DNA of 64,000 nt from an uncultured Candidatus Binatia bacterium. GTDB taxonomy: Bacteria; Desulfobacterota; Binatia; UBA9968; JAJDTQ01. The notes under the pieces were generated by a model. The model saw only the letters and a program-made list of their open reading frames with translations, searched no databases and was not told the DNA's origin. Location: assembly GCA_965218305.1 (NCBI GenBank), contig OZ244617.1:395776-459775 (forward strand), given 5' to 3'. Of this stretch, positions 1-8,293 are shown piece after piece (the stretch's first letter is position 1; each line of letters starts with the position of its first letter). The position numbers and the translations under genes were made by a program.

Positions 1-21
1 GCGCGCCCGCGCCAAGGGCCA

Positions 22-1218
22 ATGAGCGGAGAGTCGCTGCTTTCCGGCTTCAGGGTGCTGGACCTCAGCACCGCCATGGGCGCCTTCTGCGGCAAGGTGC
101 TGGCGGACCTCGGCATGGACGTGGTCAAGGTCGAGCCGCCGTCGGGGGACGATCTCAGGACCGAGCCGCCGTTCGCCAAGGGACACAACAACCGCGAGGG
201 CAGTCTCCGGTTCGCCTACTTCAACTCCGGCAAGCGGGGCATCACCCTGGATCTTGCGCGAGAGACCGGCCGGAACCTCCTGCTGGATCTGGTGGAGAAG
301 GCGGATGTCGTCATCGACAGCCATGAACCCGGCTACCTGGAGGACTTGGGGCTCGGGTACGGGGAGATGGTGGCGCGCCGGCCCCGGCTCGTGCTGGTGT
401 CCATATCGGGCTTCGGACAGGACGGTCCCTACCGCGACTATCTGGCGCCGGACCTGGTGACCAACGCCATGGGCGGGCTCCTGTTCATCAGCGGCGACCC
501 CAGCATGGCGCCATGCGTGCCCCCCGGCGGCCAGTCCCACGTCTACACCTGCCTCTACTCCGCCTTCGGCGCGCTGCTGGCCCTTTGGCAACGCGAGGAC
601 AAGGGCGTGGGAGCCCACATCGACGCCTCGGTGCAGGCCAGCATGGCGCTCCACGAGCACGTGGCCTTCACCTGGTCGTCCGAGGGGCGGATGATGAAGC
701 GCGCCGGCAGCCAGCACCAGCACGTGGCCCCGGCGAACCTGTTCCCGTGCAAGGACGGCTGGATCTCGTTCTTCGCCACCCAACGGCACTGGCCCATCTT
801 CCTCGACATGTGGGAGGGGCACCCGACGGAGCTGGACGACCCGGCGCTGCTCGACAACGCCAAACGGCGCGCGGCCGCGGATTGGCTCAACCCCATGGTG
901 GCGTCGTTCACCTCCCGGTACGGCAAGGAGGATCTGTCCGTGCTGCTCCAGAAGCACGGCCTGCCGGCGCTGCCGGTGAACTCGCCGCGGGACTTCATGG
1001 AAGACCCGCACATCGTGGAGCGGGGTTTCTTCGGCACGGTGTCGCACCCGGTGCTGGGCACCTTCCCGCAGCCGGGCCTGCCCTTTCTGCTGGACGGCGA
1101 GCGCCGCGGTCCCCGGCCGGCGCCCTTGCTGGGCCAGCACAACGCGGAGATTCTCGGCGGCGAGCTCGGGTTGAGCGAGGAGGACCTCGGGGTGCTGGCC
1201 GCGGAGGGAGTCATCTGA
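22..1218 (+). CDS. Family III CoA-transferase (CaiB/BaiF; formyl-CoA transferase / benzylsuccinate CoA-transferase subunit-like)
   Basis: 398-aa ORF. N-terminal FRVLDLS...AGAFCGKVLADLGMDVVKVEPP glycine-rich motif typical of family III CoA-transferases. ATG at 22; stop overlaps next gene (ATGA). Confidence 0.85.
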   Translation: MSGESLLSGFRVLDLSTAMGAFCGKVLADLGMDVVKVEPPSGDDLRTEPPFAKGHNNREGSLRFAYFNSGKRGITLDLARETGRNLLLDLVEKADVVIDSHEPGYLEDLGLGYGEMVARRPRLVLVSISGFGQDGPYRDYLAPDLVTNAMGGLLFISGDPSMAPCVPPGGQSHVYTCLYSAFGALLALWQREDKGVGAHIDASVQASMALHEHVAFTWSSEGRMMKRAGSQHQHVAPANLFPCKDGWISFFATQRHWPIFLDMWEGHPTELDDPALLDNAKRRAAADWLNPMVASFTSRYGKEDLSVLLQKHGLPALPVNSPRDFMEDPHIVERGFFGTVSHPVLGTFPQPGLPFLLDGERRGPRPAPLLGQHNAEILGGELGLSEEDLGVLAAEGVI

Positions 1219-2432
1219 TGGCCAGTCCCTACAAGATCCTCGAAGGCGTCCGGATCATCTCGTTCACCACCGGGTACGCCGGCCCCTACGCGGCCCGGCT
1301 GCTGGCGCAGTACGGTGCCGAGGTCATCAAGGTGGAATCCAACCCCGGCGGGCTCGACACCTTCCGGCACTACGGCCAGGACAGCGACGTCAACGCGGCG
1401 CCGCGCTTTATCGAGTGCAACCTGGCCATCCGCTCCATGACCGTCAACGTCAAGCACGACGCCGGGAAGCGCATCATCAAGGAGCTGGCGGCCAAGTCCA
1501 ACGCGGTGCTGGTGAACTTCCGGCCCCAGGTGCTCGGCCGGCTCGGGCTCGGCGACGACGAGCTTCGAAAGGTCAACCCGAACATCATCATCCTGAAGCT
1601 GCCGGGACTCGGCGAGACCGGACCCAAGAACTGGTACGGCACCTGGGGGTTCAACCTCAACGCCTTCAGCGGCATGACCTATCTGTGGAACCATCCCGGG
1701 CAGGACCGCCCCATCGGCAGCCAGGGCGTCTATCCCGACCACCTCGGCTTCATCAGCGGCCCCACCATCATGATGGCCGCGTTGCTGCGCCAGCGGCTTA
1801 CCGGCAAGGGCGCCTCCATCGACGTGTCCCAGGGCGAGATGACGGCCTATACCCTGGGGGCCAGCTATTTGGAGTCCAGTGTCAACGGCGTGGACCCCGA
1901 GCCCCGGGGCAACCGCAGCCTCACGGCCGCCCCCCACGGCTGTTATCGCTGTCAGGGCGAAGAGCGCTGGTGCGTGGTGTCGGTCCGAAGCGACGACGAG
2001 TGGCGGCGCCTGTGCGGCGTCATGGGCAACGCGGCCCTGGCGGACGACAGCCGCTTCGCCACCTGCTTCGAGCGCCGCCGCCATGGCGACGAGCTGGATG
2101 CCCTCATGTCGGAATGGCTGGCGACCCAGACCGTCGAGGACGTCGCCCATCGCCTGCAGGCGGCCGGGGTCCCCGCCGGCGTGGTGCAGAACGGCACCGA
2201 CCTGGACAAGGACCCCCAACTCCGCCACCGGGACTATTTCCAGAAGTACGACGACTCCCCCATCGGCCCCTTCGAAGTTCCCCGCGGCGGCCTGCTCTTC
2301 AAAGACATGCCGGAAGGGGACATCCCTCTGACCCCCGCGCTGGGCGAGCACACCGAACAGGTCATGCGCGACGTGCTCGGCTACGACGCCGCCGCCATCG
2401 CGAAGTGGAAAGAGGAGGGGGTGCTGGTATAG
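1218..2432 (+). CDS. Family III CoA-transferase, second subunit of an adjacent pair
   Basis: Starts MASPYKILEGVRIISFTTGYAGPYAARLLAQYGAEVIKVE at an ATG overlapping the upstream stop (ATGA at 1216-1220). The track ORF 513..2432 is an upstream frame extension in GC-rich DNA. Confidence 0.8.
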   Translation: MASPYKILEGVRIISFTTGYAGPYAARLLAQYGAEVIKVESNPGGLDTFRHYGQDSDVNAAPRFIECNLAIRSMTVNVKHDAGKRIIKELAAKSNAVLVNFRPQVLGRLGLGDDELRKVNPNIIILKLPGLGETGPKNWYGTWGFNLNAFSGMTYLWNHPGQDRPIGSQGVYPDHLGFISGPTIMMAALLRQRLTGKGASIDVSQGEMTAYTLGASYLESSVNGVDPEPRGNRSLTAAPHGCYRCQGEERWCVVSVRSDDEWRRLCGVMGNAALADDSRFATCFERRRHGDELDALMSEWLATQTVEDVAHRLQAAGVPAGVVQNGTDLDKDPQLRHRDYFQKYDDSPIGPFEVPRGGLLFKDMPEGDIPLTPALGEHTEQVMRDVLGYDAAAIAKWKEEGVLV

Positions 2433-2706
2433 TTGCCGGCTCGGGTTCGTCCGATCCCGACCCGCCGCGGTTTCCGTGGAAAGGGGCGTTTCGGCCGCGG
2501 TCCATATGGACAACCGGTCGAGCCGTCGACACGGGAAGCGGCTCCGTAACCAACACCCCGAAGTCCGCCTTCGCGGGACCCATCCCCACGTTCGCTAAGC
2601 TCGGCTTTGACAAAGGACCTGAAGGAATTGCCGGCTGCTCCAGGACAAGAGGGTGGGGACCAACCCCTCACTAGTTTAGGAAACGGATGTTTGGCCTCCG
2701 AGTTTC

Positions 2707-2735
2707 TTGACCGGGCAGCAGTTACCGGGTAATAT
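2707..2735 (+). promoter_or_regulatory. sigma70-like promoter for the Xre antitoxin; transcript probably leaderless
   Basis: TTGACC (2707-2712), 17-nt spacer, TAATAT (2730-2735). The ATG at 2743 lies about 7 nt after the -10, implying little or no leader. Direct repeat ACCGGG x2 inside the spacer is a possible operator. Confidence 0.45.
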
Positions 2736-2742
2736 ACGGATC

Positions 2743-3363
2743 ATGACTAATATCCAAATCCAATCCGTCCGGAGTCCGTTCGACGATCCGAGCGTTACCC
2801 CGGTAGCAATGGCGGCGCTGAGCCGGGCCGACGCCATGGGGCTGCTTTCCGGCGAAATCACCTGCCTGGATGATGCTGCGCTGCTGAGCTTGGAGGCGGG
2901 CATGGCCGAGGCGGGTATTGGCCAAACGTTTCTTGCGGAGATCCGTCGTCTGACGGGTTCCGATCCCGCGGAGCTTTCCGCCCTGCTTAAGAAAATCAAT
3001 GCCGCACTCGACGAATCTCCCGCTCCCGCCCACGAGTGGCGAGCGTTGCAGGACGTGTTGGGGCTGGAATTGCTGGCCCGACTCTTGGGAATCTCCGAGA
3101 CCAGTGCCCGTCGCTATCTTTCCGGCACCCGGTCGACACCCGATTCGGTTGCCGTTCGTCTCCACTCTCTGGCCTTCATTGTCGGTGATCTGGCGGGCGC
3201 ATACAACGACATTGGAGTCCGGCGCTGGTTCGACCGGCCGCGTGCACTGCTCGACGGCAATACACCCGCTCAGTTGCTGGGTGAGAATTGGTGGCCTGAC
3301 GACGACGGTCCCCTTCGGGTACGGGAGCTCGCCGGCACGCTCGGATATTCGCTGGCGACATGA
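2743..3363 (+). CDS. Xre-family antitoxin with C-terminal DUF2384 domain (ParS/MbcA-like antitoxin of RES toxins)
   Basis: C-terminal RWFDRPRALLDGNTPAQLL matches the DUF2384 signature. Immediately upstream of a RES-domain gene with a 4-nt overlap. The track start at 2707 (TTG) coincides with the -35 element, so the ATG at 2743 (MTNIQIQ) is preferred. Confidence 0.7.
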   Translation: MTNIQIQSVRSPFDDPSVTPVAMAALSRADAMGLLSGEITCLDDAALLSLEAGMAEAGIGQTFLAEIRRLTGSDPAELSALLKKINAALDESPAPAHEWRALQDVLGLELLARLLGISETSARRYLSGTRSTPDSVAVRLHSLAFIVGDLAGAYNDIGVRRWFDRPRALLDGNTPAQLLGENWWPDDDGPLRVRELAGTLGYSLAT

Positions 3364-3881
3364 TTGCGTTTCGACACACGGACCCACGCTTCCCGTTCTT
3401 GAGGGAAGATGTGCCTCAGCCCGCAGGTCGGTGGAACGCTCCCGGTCAATTGACTCACTATTTCAGTGATACGCCCGATGGCGCTTGGGCCGAGTTCCTG
3501 CGTCACGAGGAGATCGTCGATCCGGCGGATCTATCGACCGTTCGCCGTGCTCTCTGGGCCGTCGATATCGGAGACGAACCGTTGGTATCGCCCGACCTGC
3601 CACAGGCCAGTTTGACAGGAGGCCCGAGCAGCTGGCCAGCGTGCCAACGGTGGGCAAGCGGCATCCGGGACAGGGGTGTGAGGGGGATTGCAGCGCCTTC
3701 GGCCGCGCTGCAACAGGGTGGTGCGCACGGCTGGAAAGTGGATGGAGGTATCCAGCCCGGTCCGGCCCGGGACGGCAAGGTCTTTGCACTGTTCGGACCT
3801 CGCCCTGACCTGGTCGGCTGGCCAGCGACGGTGGCCGGCCGTCCCGGTGAAGAGTTGCTGGCCCGCGTGCGTCATTTCTGA
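3360..3881 (+). CDS. RES-domain toxin (NAD+-degrading toxin family)
   Basis: 173 aa. N-terminal FRHTDPRFPF...GRWNAPGQLTHYFSDTPDGAWAEFLRH fits the RES domain (Arg/Glu/Ser motifs). Overlaps the antitoxin stop (ATGA). Confidence 0.7.
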   Translation: MIAFRHTDPRFPFLREDVPQPAGRWNAPGQLTHYFSDTPDGAWAEFLRHEEIVDPADLSTVRRALWAVDIGDEPLVSPDLPQASLTGGPSSWPACQRWASGIRDRGVRGIAAPSAALQQGGAHGWKVDGGIQPGPARDGKVFALFGPRPDLVGWPATVAGRPGEELLARVRHF

Positions 3882-3906
3882 TCAACGGAATCGAGTGCAT
3901 ACCCAA

Positions 3907-4012
3907 AGCACCTTCGGTGCACTTCCCGTCGGCGTCCGCCTTAACATGAGAAAGTGTAAAACCGGCTAGCAACAGGGTGTTAGGAAGCTGGATCAGGACG
4001 CCCTTCGGCGTC
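3907..4012. terminator. Two GC-rich stem-loops between the convergent RES and mazF genes
   Basis: GCACC-TTCG-GGTGC at 3907-3919 and GACGCC-CTTC-GGCGTC at 3997-4012. No U-tract, which is common in high-GC genomes. They sit between two converging operons. Confidence 0.25.
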
Positions 4013-4090
4013 TCGGATACACACCCGAAGCACGGAAGAACCGCCTTGGCGACAAGAGCTTTCCGGCGCTCTGGTCTTTTCATGTGTGTG

Positions 4091-4435
4091 TCAGGGCGAC
4101 GAGTAGAGGCAAGCGTCCAGAATGCCGAGAACCTCGTCGAGGATGGACGCGGGGGCATTCTCGACAAACTTCACGTTTCGGCTGGCGCAGTCAACGGACT
4201 TGATCTGCTCCACCATGACATAGCCGGTGAGGGACGACTCGTCGGGCATCGGTACGTGGAAAGGAATGTCTCTGAACGTGTTGGTGATGGGGCACACCAT
4301 GGCAAGCCCGGTATGGCGGTTGAACGGCGTGTTGCTGACCACCAGGGCAGGGCGGCGACCTCTCTGTTCCCTCCCGGCTTGGGGATCGAAGGTCAGGATT
4401 ACGAAATCCCCTTTCCTGGGGACGTAGCGGGGCAT
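4091..4435 (-). CDS. mazF: MazF/PemK-family mRNA interferase toxin
   Basis: 114 aa. GDFVILTFDPQAGREQRGRRPALVVSNTPFN...CPITNT is the PemK/MazF fold signature. Directly follows the antitoxin gene. Confidence 0.85.
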   Translation of the reverse strand: MPRYVPRKGDFVILTFDPQAGREQRGRRPALVVSNTPFNRHTGLAMVCPITNTFRDIPFHVPMPDESSLTGYVMVEQIKSVDCASRNVKFVENAPASILDEVLGILDACLYSSP

Positions 4436-4684
4436 CTACCAGACTTCTTTTCCGGTTGGCGGTCCCCAGTCGAGTTCCTCAGGCTGGTAGTCCTTGGGCA
4501 TCCTGGACAGCAAGTCCTTCAAGTCATACCTGCCACGGACCCTGGATACGGGTTCGACGATGATCCGGCCTTCTTTGACGGATATGTCCACTTCGTCGCC
4601 CACGTGAATACCGGCTTCGATCAATAGGGTCTTCGTGAACCGAAGCCCTTGGCTGTTCCCCCACTTCTGAACCTTGGTCAACAT
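4436..4684 (-). CDS. mazE: MazE/AbrB-family antitoxin (SpoVT/AbrB swapped-hairpin)
   Basis: Internal start MLTKVQKWGNSQGLRF is the classic MazE N-terminus. The track ORF extends to 4744, but the ATG corresponding to residue 21 is preferred. The displayed sequence and the ORF track disagree by 1 nt near 4680, so coordinates are +/-1. Confidence 0.75.
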   Translation of the reverse strand: MLTKVQKWGNSQGLRFTKTLLIEAGIHVGDEVDISVKEGRIIVEPVSRVRGRYDLKDLLSRMPKDYQPEELDWGPPTGKEVW

Positions 4685-4896
4685 GGCTCTGCCTCCGTTT
4701 TTGTATATCCGGAGTATAGCCGTCTTCGAATCGGAAAGCAACATCGTTCGGCAATTTGCCGGCGCCGGAGGCAGGCACCAACCGCTTCATTTGGCGGGCG
4801 ATTTGTTGATAATTCAAGGAGATACGTCCGACCGATTGAAAGTCAGATGCCGACTGATTGAAAGCCTGAGGCGAGAATCGACCCCGGATACAGCCC

Positions 4897-6291
4897 CTAC
4901 TCGCTGGTGACGCAGGCCTTCAATCCTTCCTGCGAGCCCCGGTCCCATTCCTCTTCGTAGTCGGGCCAGTCGTTCAGGAAGAGCATGTCGTCGTAGGTGG
5001 CGTGGCCGGAGCCCCAGCGGCGCTCGGGGTGCACCGAGTCGTGATGGGGGAAGGGGAGCCGGTACTTCTTCCAGCTCTCGTGGTAGCGCCGCATGATCTG
5101 GATGTAGAACTCCAGAGGGATGGCGGGCTGCTCGTGCTGTGAGACGAGGTTGGAGCCCGGCTCCCGGCGCCATTGGTTGAAACGCGGGAACACGCCGTGG
5201 CGCATCATGAAGTCGACGCCGTCGCCGGTGGACTTCACCGCGTCGCGGATGTTGTCGAACCCGTGGGGCCGGGCCAGCTCCACGCCGCAGACGAAGTTGG
5301 GCCGGGCGTTGCCCTCGCCCAGAACCTCCACCGACTCGATCATCCACCGCACCCAGTTGTCCCAGCCGATGCGGCGGTTCTTGCCCGGGTTGATCCACTC
5401 GAACAGCCGCTTGTCCCAGACCTCCATGTTGGCGTGATGGCAGTCGACCCCCTCGGCGCGGTAGCGCTTCATGGTCTCCTTGTCCTTGGCGTTGGTCTGG
5501 ATGTTGATGTAGCGGCGGTGGCCGCCCCACTTGAGGGCCGAGGCGTACTCCAGGTAGAAGTCGTCCTCCGATTTGCGGTGCAGGGTCTTGAGGATGGTGC
5601 CGCCCGAGATCAGGAAGTCGATGGCGGGAGCGTAACCCACCTCGTCGATGGCGTCCTGCTCGATGGAGCGGGCCACCTCGGCCACGTAGGCCACCGGCTT
5701 CACCGGCGTGTTGAAGGTGAAGTCCCGGGACTCCTTCATCTGGCGCACGTTGACGTTGATGTCGCAGAAGCGGCATTCCTCGTCGGGCCCCCAGTACTGG
5801 CAGTTGCGGAACACCGTGGCGAAATAGCCGAAGGCGATGATCTCGTGGTACTTGGTGCCGTCCTCGAAGGATCGCGTGTAGTACTTGAGGGGCTTGGGGA
5901 AGCTCACGTCACAGAGCTCGCGCCCGTCCAGCAAGAGCCGGATCTCCCCGTCGACCACGTCGATGACGTAGGGCGAATCCGGGTTCAGGGTGGTCTGGAC
6001 GATGACGGGGCGGAGGCCCAGGTGGCCGCCGCGGATGGCGAACCACTCGGGCGTCCTGCGGTGCTCCTTCCGCTTCATGTCCTTCATGGGCATCAGATCG
6101 TAGGAGAACAGCCGGTAGGACTTGACCAGAGCCTCGGAGGCCAGCTCCAGGGCGGAGTCCGTAAACCAGTGGCCCACCCGCAGCAGGTCCATCTTGAGGA
6201 TCACCTCCCGGGGCATGTCCTCGTAGTTGCGCAGGTGCCACTCGAGGTATTCGGTCTCGCTCGACGACGTGACGCTGTCCAGTTCGGTCAT
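4897..6291 (-). CDS. Hypothetical 464-aa protein with Cx9CxFC motif; possible non-canonical radical SAM / Fe-S enzyme
   Basis: NCQYWGPDEECRFCDINV (C-x9-C-x-F-C, aromatic residue before the last Cys), then FLISGGTILK (GGE-like) and YINIQTNAKD (ribose-motif-like xTN). About 170-aa N-terminal extension. Last gene of the tctC-thiolase-DUF35-amidohydrolase operon. No family recognised with confidence. Confidence 0.5.
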   Translation of the reverse strand: MTELDSVTSSSETEYLEWHLRNYEDMPREVILKMDLLRVGHWFTDSALELASEALVKSYRLFSYDLMPMKDMKRKEHRRTPEWFAIRGGHLGLRPVIVQTTLNPDSPYVIDVVDGEIRLLLDGRELCDVSFPKPLKYYTRSFEDGTKYHEIIAFGYFATVFRNCQYWGPDEECRFCDINVNVRQMKESRDFTFNTPVKPVAYVAEVARSIEQDAIDEVGYAPAIDFLISGGTILKTLHRKSEDDFYLEYASALKWGGHRRYINIQTNAKDKETMKRYRAEGVDCHHANMEVWDKRLFEWINPGKNRRIGWDNWVRWMIESVEVLGEGNARPNFVCGVELARPHGFDNIRDAVKSTGDGVDFMMRHGVFPRFNQWRREPGSNLVSQHEQPAIPLEFYIQIMRRYHESWKKYRLPFPHHDSVHPERRWGSGHATYDDMLFLNDWPDYEEEWDRGSQEGLKACVTSE

Positions 6292-6394
6292 GATGCGGGC
6301 CTCCCCAGCCTGTGCCGAGCCAGTGTCCTGTCAGACATGGCGGAAATCCGGGGGCGACCGCCGGTCGCCCCTACAGCGCACGCTGCCGGCTGCG

Positions 6395-7759
6395 CTACCC
6401 CGCGTAGCGCGGCACGATGTTGGTCGGCGTGTACTCCGCCGGCGCCTCGGTCACGAAGAGCTCGGGCTCGATGCCGTAGAGTCGCCGGGCGTTGCCGCCA
6501 AGCAGCTTCTCCTGCACCTCCCGGGGCACGCTGTATTTGTTCATGTTGTCCACGGCTTCCCAGGTGTCGGAGGCGTCGTGGTGCGGCATGTCGGACGACC
6601 ACAGGGCGATGTTTTCGAAGATGTCCCAGAGCCGTAGCGTGATGTCTTCGTCGCTCTCGAAGGCGATGAAGCACTGCCGGGCGAAGGTCTCCCGCGGGTC
6701 GGAGACGTTCTGCGGCGGCTTGGCCTGCTCGCGCACGAAGCGGTAGAGGTCGAGGTAGGTCTCGGCCTTTTCCAGGATCAGCGGCAGCCAGCTCGAGTTG
6801 GATTCCAGGATGGCCACCCTGAGCTTGGGGAACTTCTCGAGCCAGCCGGTGAGCAGCACCACCATGGTCCAGGTCTGGGCCTCGCTGATGAAGCTCAGGG
6901 ACTCGGAGCCGGGCTGCACCGAGCCCATGCTCCGCATGATGTTCTCCACGAACTGTCCGGGCGAGTACACGTGCACGTTGTGGGCCGTGAAGGGCGAGCG
7001 CTGGGCGCCGCTCTTGCCCTGGGTGCCGGTCGACATCCGTTCCGCCATGGCCTCGGTCACCGCCTCGCCGCCCGAGGGAAAGGTGTGCATGCCCAGGGCC
7101 ATGCCCAGCTCCTCGAATTCCTTCCACAGGGGGTCGAACTCGGGGAAGGTGGGGTAGCGGTCATTGACGAGGACCGGGCGGACCACCGCGGACTTGAAGC
7201 CCAGCTTGGCCACGCGCCGGAGCTCCTGGACCGAATAGTCCACGTCCTGTATCGGCAGCACGGCGCAGGGATACAGGCGCTTGCGGTCGGCAGCGCAGTA
7301 GTCGTTGACCCAGTCGTTATAGGCGGTGGCGCAGATCCGGGCGGCGTCGGCGTTCTTCACCAGCGGCATGCGCACGAAGGTGGACGGGAACACCATCACC
7401 TGGTCGATGCCCGACGCGTCCATGTCCTTCAGGCGGACCTGGGGGTCCCGTTGGCTGGCGTTGCGGCCGATCTCTTCGTCCCATCGGGGGTCGCTGGGCG
7501 GGATGGAGCCCAGGATCTTCTTGTTCATCCCCGGATGCCACCCCTGTCCCGGATACGTGTAGGTCTTGGGATTGCCGTAGCTCACGTGGCCGTTCACGAC
7601 CATCACGAGCCGGTCCATGTCCCGGTAGAAGTGCTGCTTGGCGAACGCCCGCTGCTTCTCCGGTATGTACTCGTCCCAGACGTCCCGGGGTTCGTGGATG
7701 TGACTGTCGCAGTCGAAGACCGGAAAGTCCTTGGTGCGCCCTTGTGCCGTGTAGGCCAT
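6395..7759 (-). CDS. Amidohydrolase_2 family (ACMSD/LigW-like metal-dependent hydrolase or reversible decarboxylase)
   Basis: 454 aa. N-terminal VFDCDSHIHEP metal-binding motif and overall TIM-barrel amidohydrolase_2 pattern. Confidence 0.8.
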   Translation of the reverse strand: MAYTAQGRTKDFPVFDCDSHIHEPRDVWDEYIPEKQRAFAKQHFYRDMDRLVMVVNGHVSYGNPKTYTYPGQGWHPGMNKKILGSIPPSDPRWDEEIGRNASQRDPQVRLKDMDASGIDQVMVFPSTFVRMPLVKNADAARICATAYNDWVNDYCAADRKRLYPCAVLPIQDVDYSVQELRRVAKLGFKSAVVRPVLVNDRYPTFPEFDPLWKEFEELGMALGMHTFPSGGEAVTEAMAERMSTGTQGKSGAQRSPFTAHNVHVYSPGQFVENIMRSMGSVQPGSESLSFISEAQTWTMVVLLTGWLEKFPKLRVAILESNSSWLPLILEKAETYLDLYRFVREQAKPPQNVSDPRETFARQCFIAFESDEDITLRLWDIFENIALWSSDMPHHDASDTWEAVDNMNKYSVPREVQEKLLGGNARRLYGIEPELFVTEAPAEYTPTNIVPRYAG

Positions 7760-7804
7760 GATCGCCTCCTCGCGCCTGTTGCCCTGTCTTGTTTTCCTCG
7801 CGTG

Positions 7805-7846
7805 GTACGGACACGGGCGGGTTTGAAACCCGCCCCTACGGACAGG
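7805..7846. repeat. REP-like palindromic repeat, family 3 (GGGCGGGTTTGAAACCCGCCC hairpin with CCGTAGG/CCTACGG flanks)
   Basis: gtacggacacGGGCGGGTTTGAAACCCGCCCctacggacagg. Related copies at 17041-17075, 44958-44990, 53514-53550 and a degenerate one near 38883-38912. Confidence 0.75.
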
Positions 7847-7849
7847 CTT

Positions 7850-8293
7850 CTATGCGCTCGGCTTGAACTTCGGCAGCGTGTACTCGTCGTGGTCCTCGAA
7901 CACCACCTCCACCGCCATCCCCACCTTCACCTCATCCGGCGGGATGTCGACGACGTTGCTCACCAGCCGCGGCCCTTCGTCGAGGTCCACGAGTGAGACG
8001 TTGTAGGGGATCTGGTCCTGGTAGGCCGGATGCCACGCCCGATGATAGGTGACGAAGGAATAGATGGTGCCTTTGCCGCTCACCGAAACCCATTCGTTTT
8101 CCGACGACAGACACTTGGCGCAGAGCGCCTGGGGCGGGAAGCTGAAGTACGCCTGGCACGAGCTGCACCGCTGTACCGTGAGCTTGTGCTCCTTGAGGTT
8201 GTCCCAGAAGGGCTTGGCCTCCACCTCCGCGAGAAAGGGTTCGTTGCGCGGCGCCGCGCGCCCGTGCTTGTCATGCGCCTCTGACTTGCTCAT
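7850..8293 (-). CDS. DUF35 Zn-ribbon/OB-fold protein (thiolase-associated; BbsA/ChsH2-DUF35-like)
   Basis: 147 aa. CSSCQAYFSFPPQALCAKC Zn-ribbon followed by an OB-fold (GKGTIYSFVTYHRAW). The ATG overlaps the thiolase stop (ATGA at 8290-8293). Confidence 0.8.
   Translation of the reverse strand: MSKSEAHDKHGRAAPRNEPFLAEVEAKPFWDNLKEHKLTVQRCSSCQAYFSFPPQALCAKCLSSENEWVSVSGKGTIYSFVTYHRAWHPAYQDQIPYNVSLVDLDEGPRLVSNVVDIPPDEVKVGMAVEVVFEDHDEYTLPKFKPSA

Noticed and set aside
555-2513. Very long ORFs antisense to, or out of frame with, real genes (555..2513 -, 5173..6642 +, 24750..25889 -, 25861..27396 -, 36038..38446 +, 53688..56162 +, 19142..20758 -, 12221..13240 -)
   Set aside because: Typical stop-codon-poor artefacts of about 67% GC DNA. 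Products are Arg/Pro/Gly-rich low-complexity with no motifs, and each overlaps a gene with clear family signatures.
4670-4690. One-nucleotide disagreement between the displayed sequence (ggtcacatgg) and the ORF-track translations (which imply ggtcaacatgg) around mazE
   Set aside because: I cannot tell whether it is my mis-parse or a display issue. Coordinates here are given +/-1 and no biological claim is based on it.
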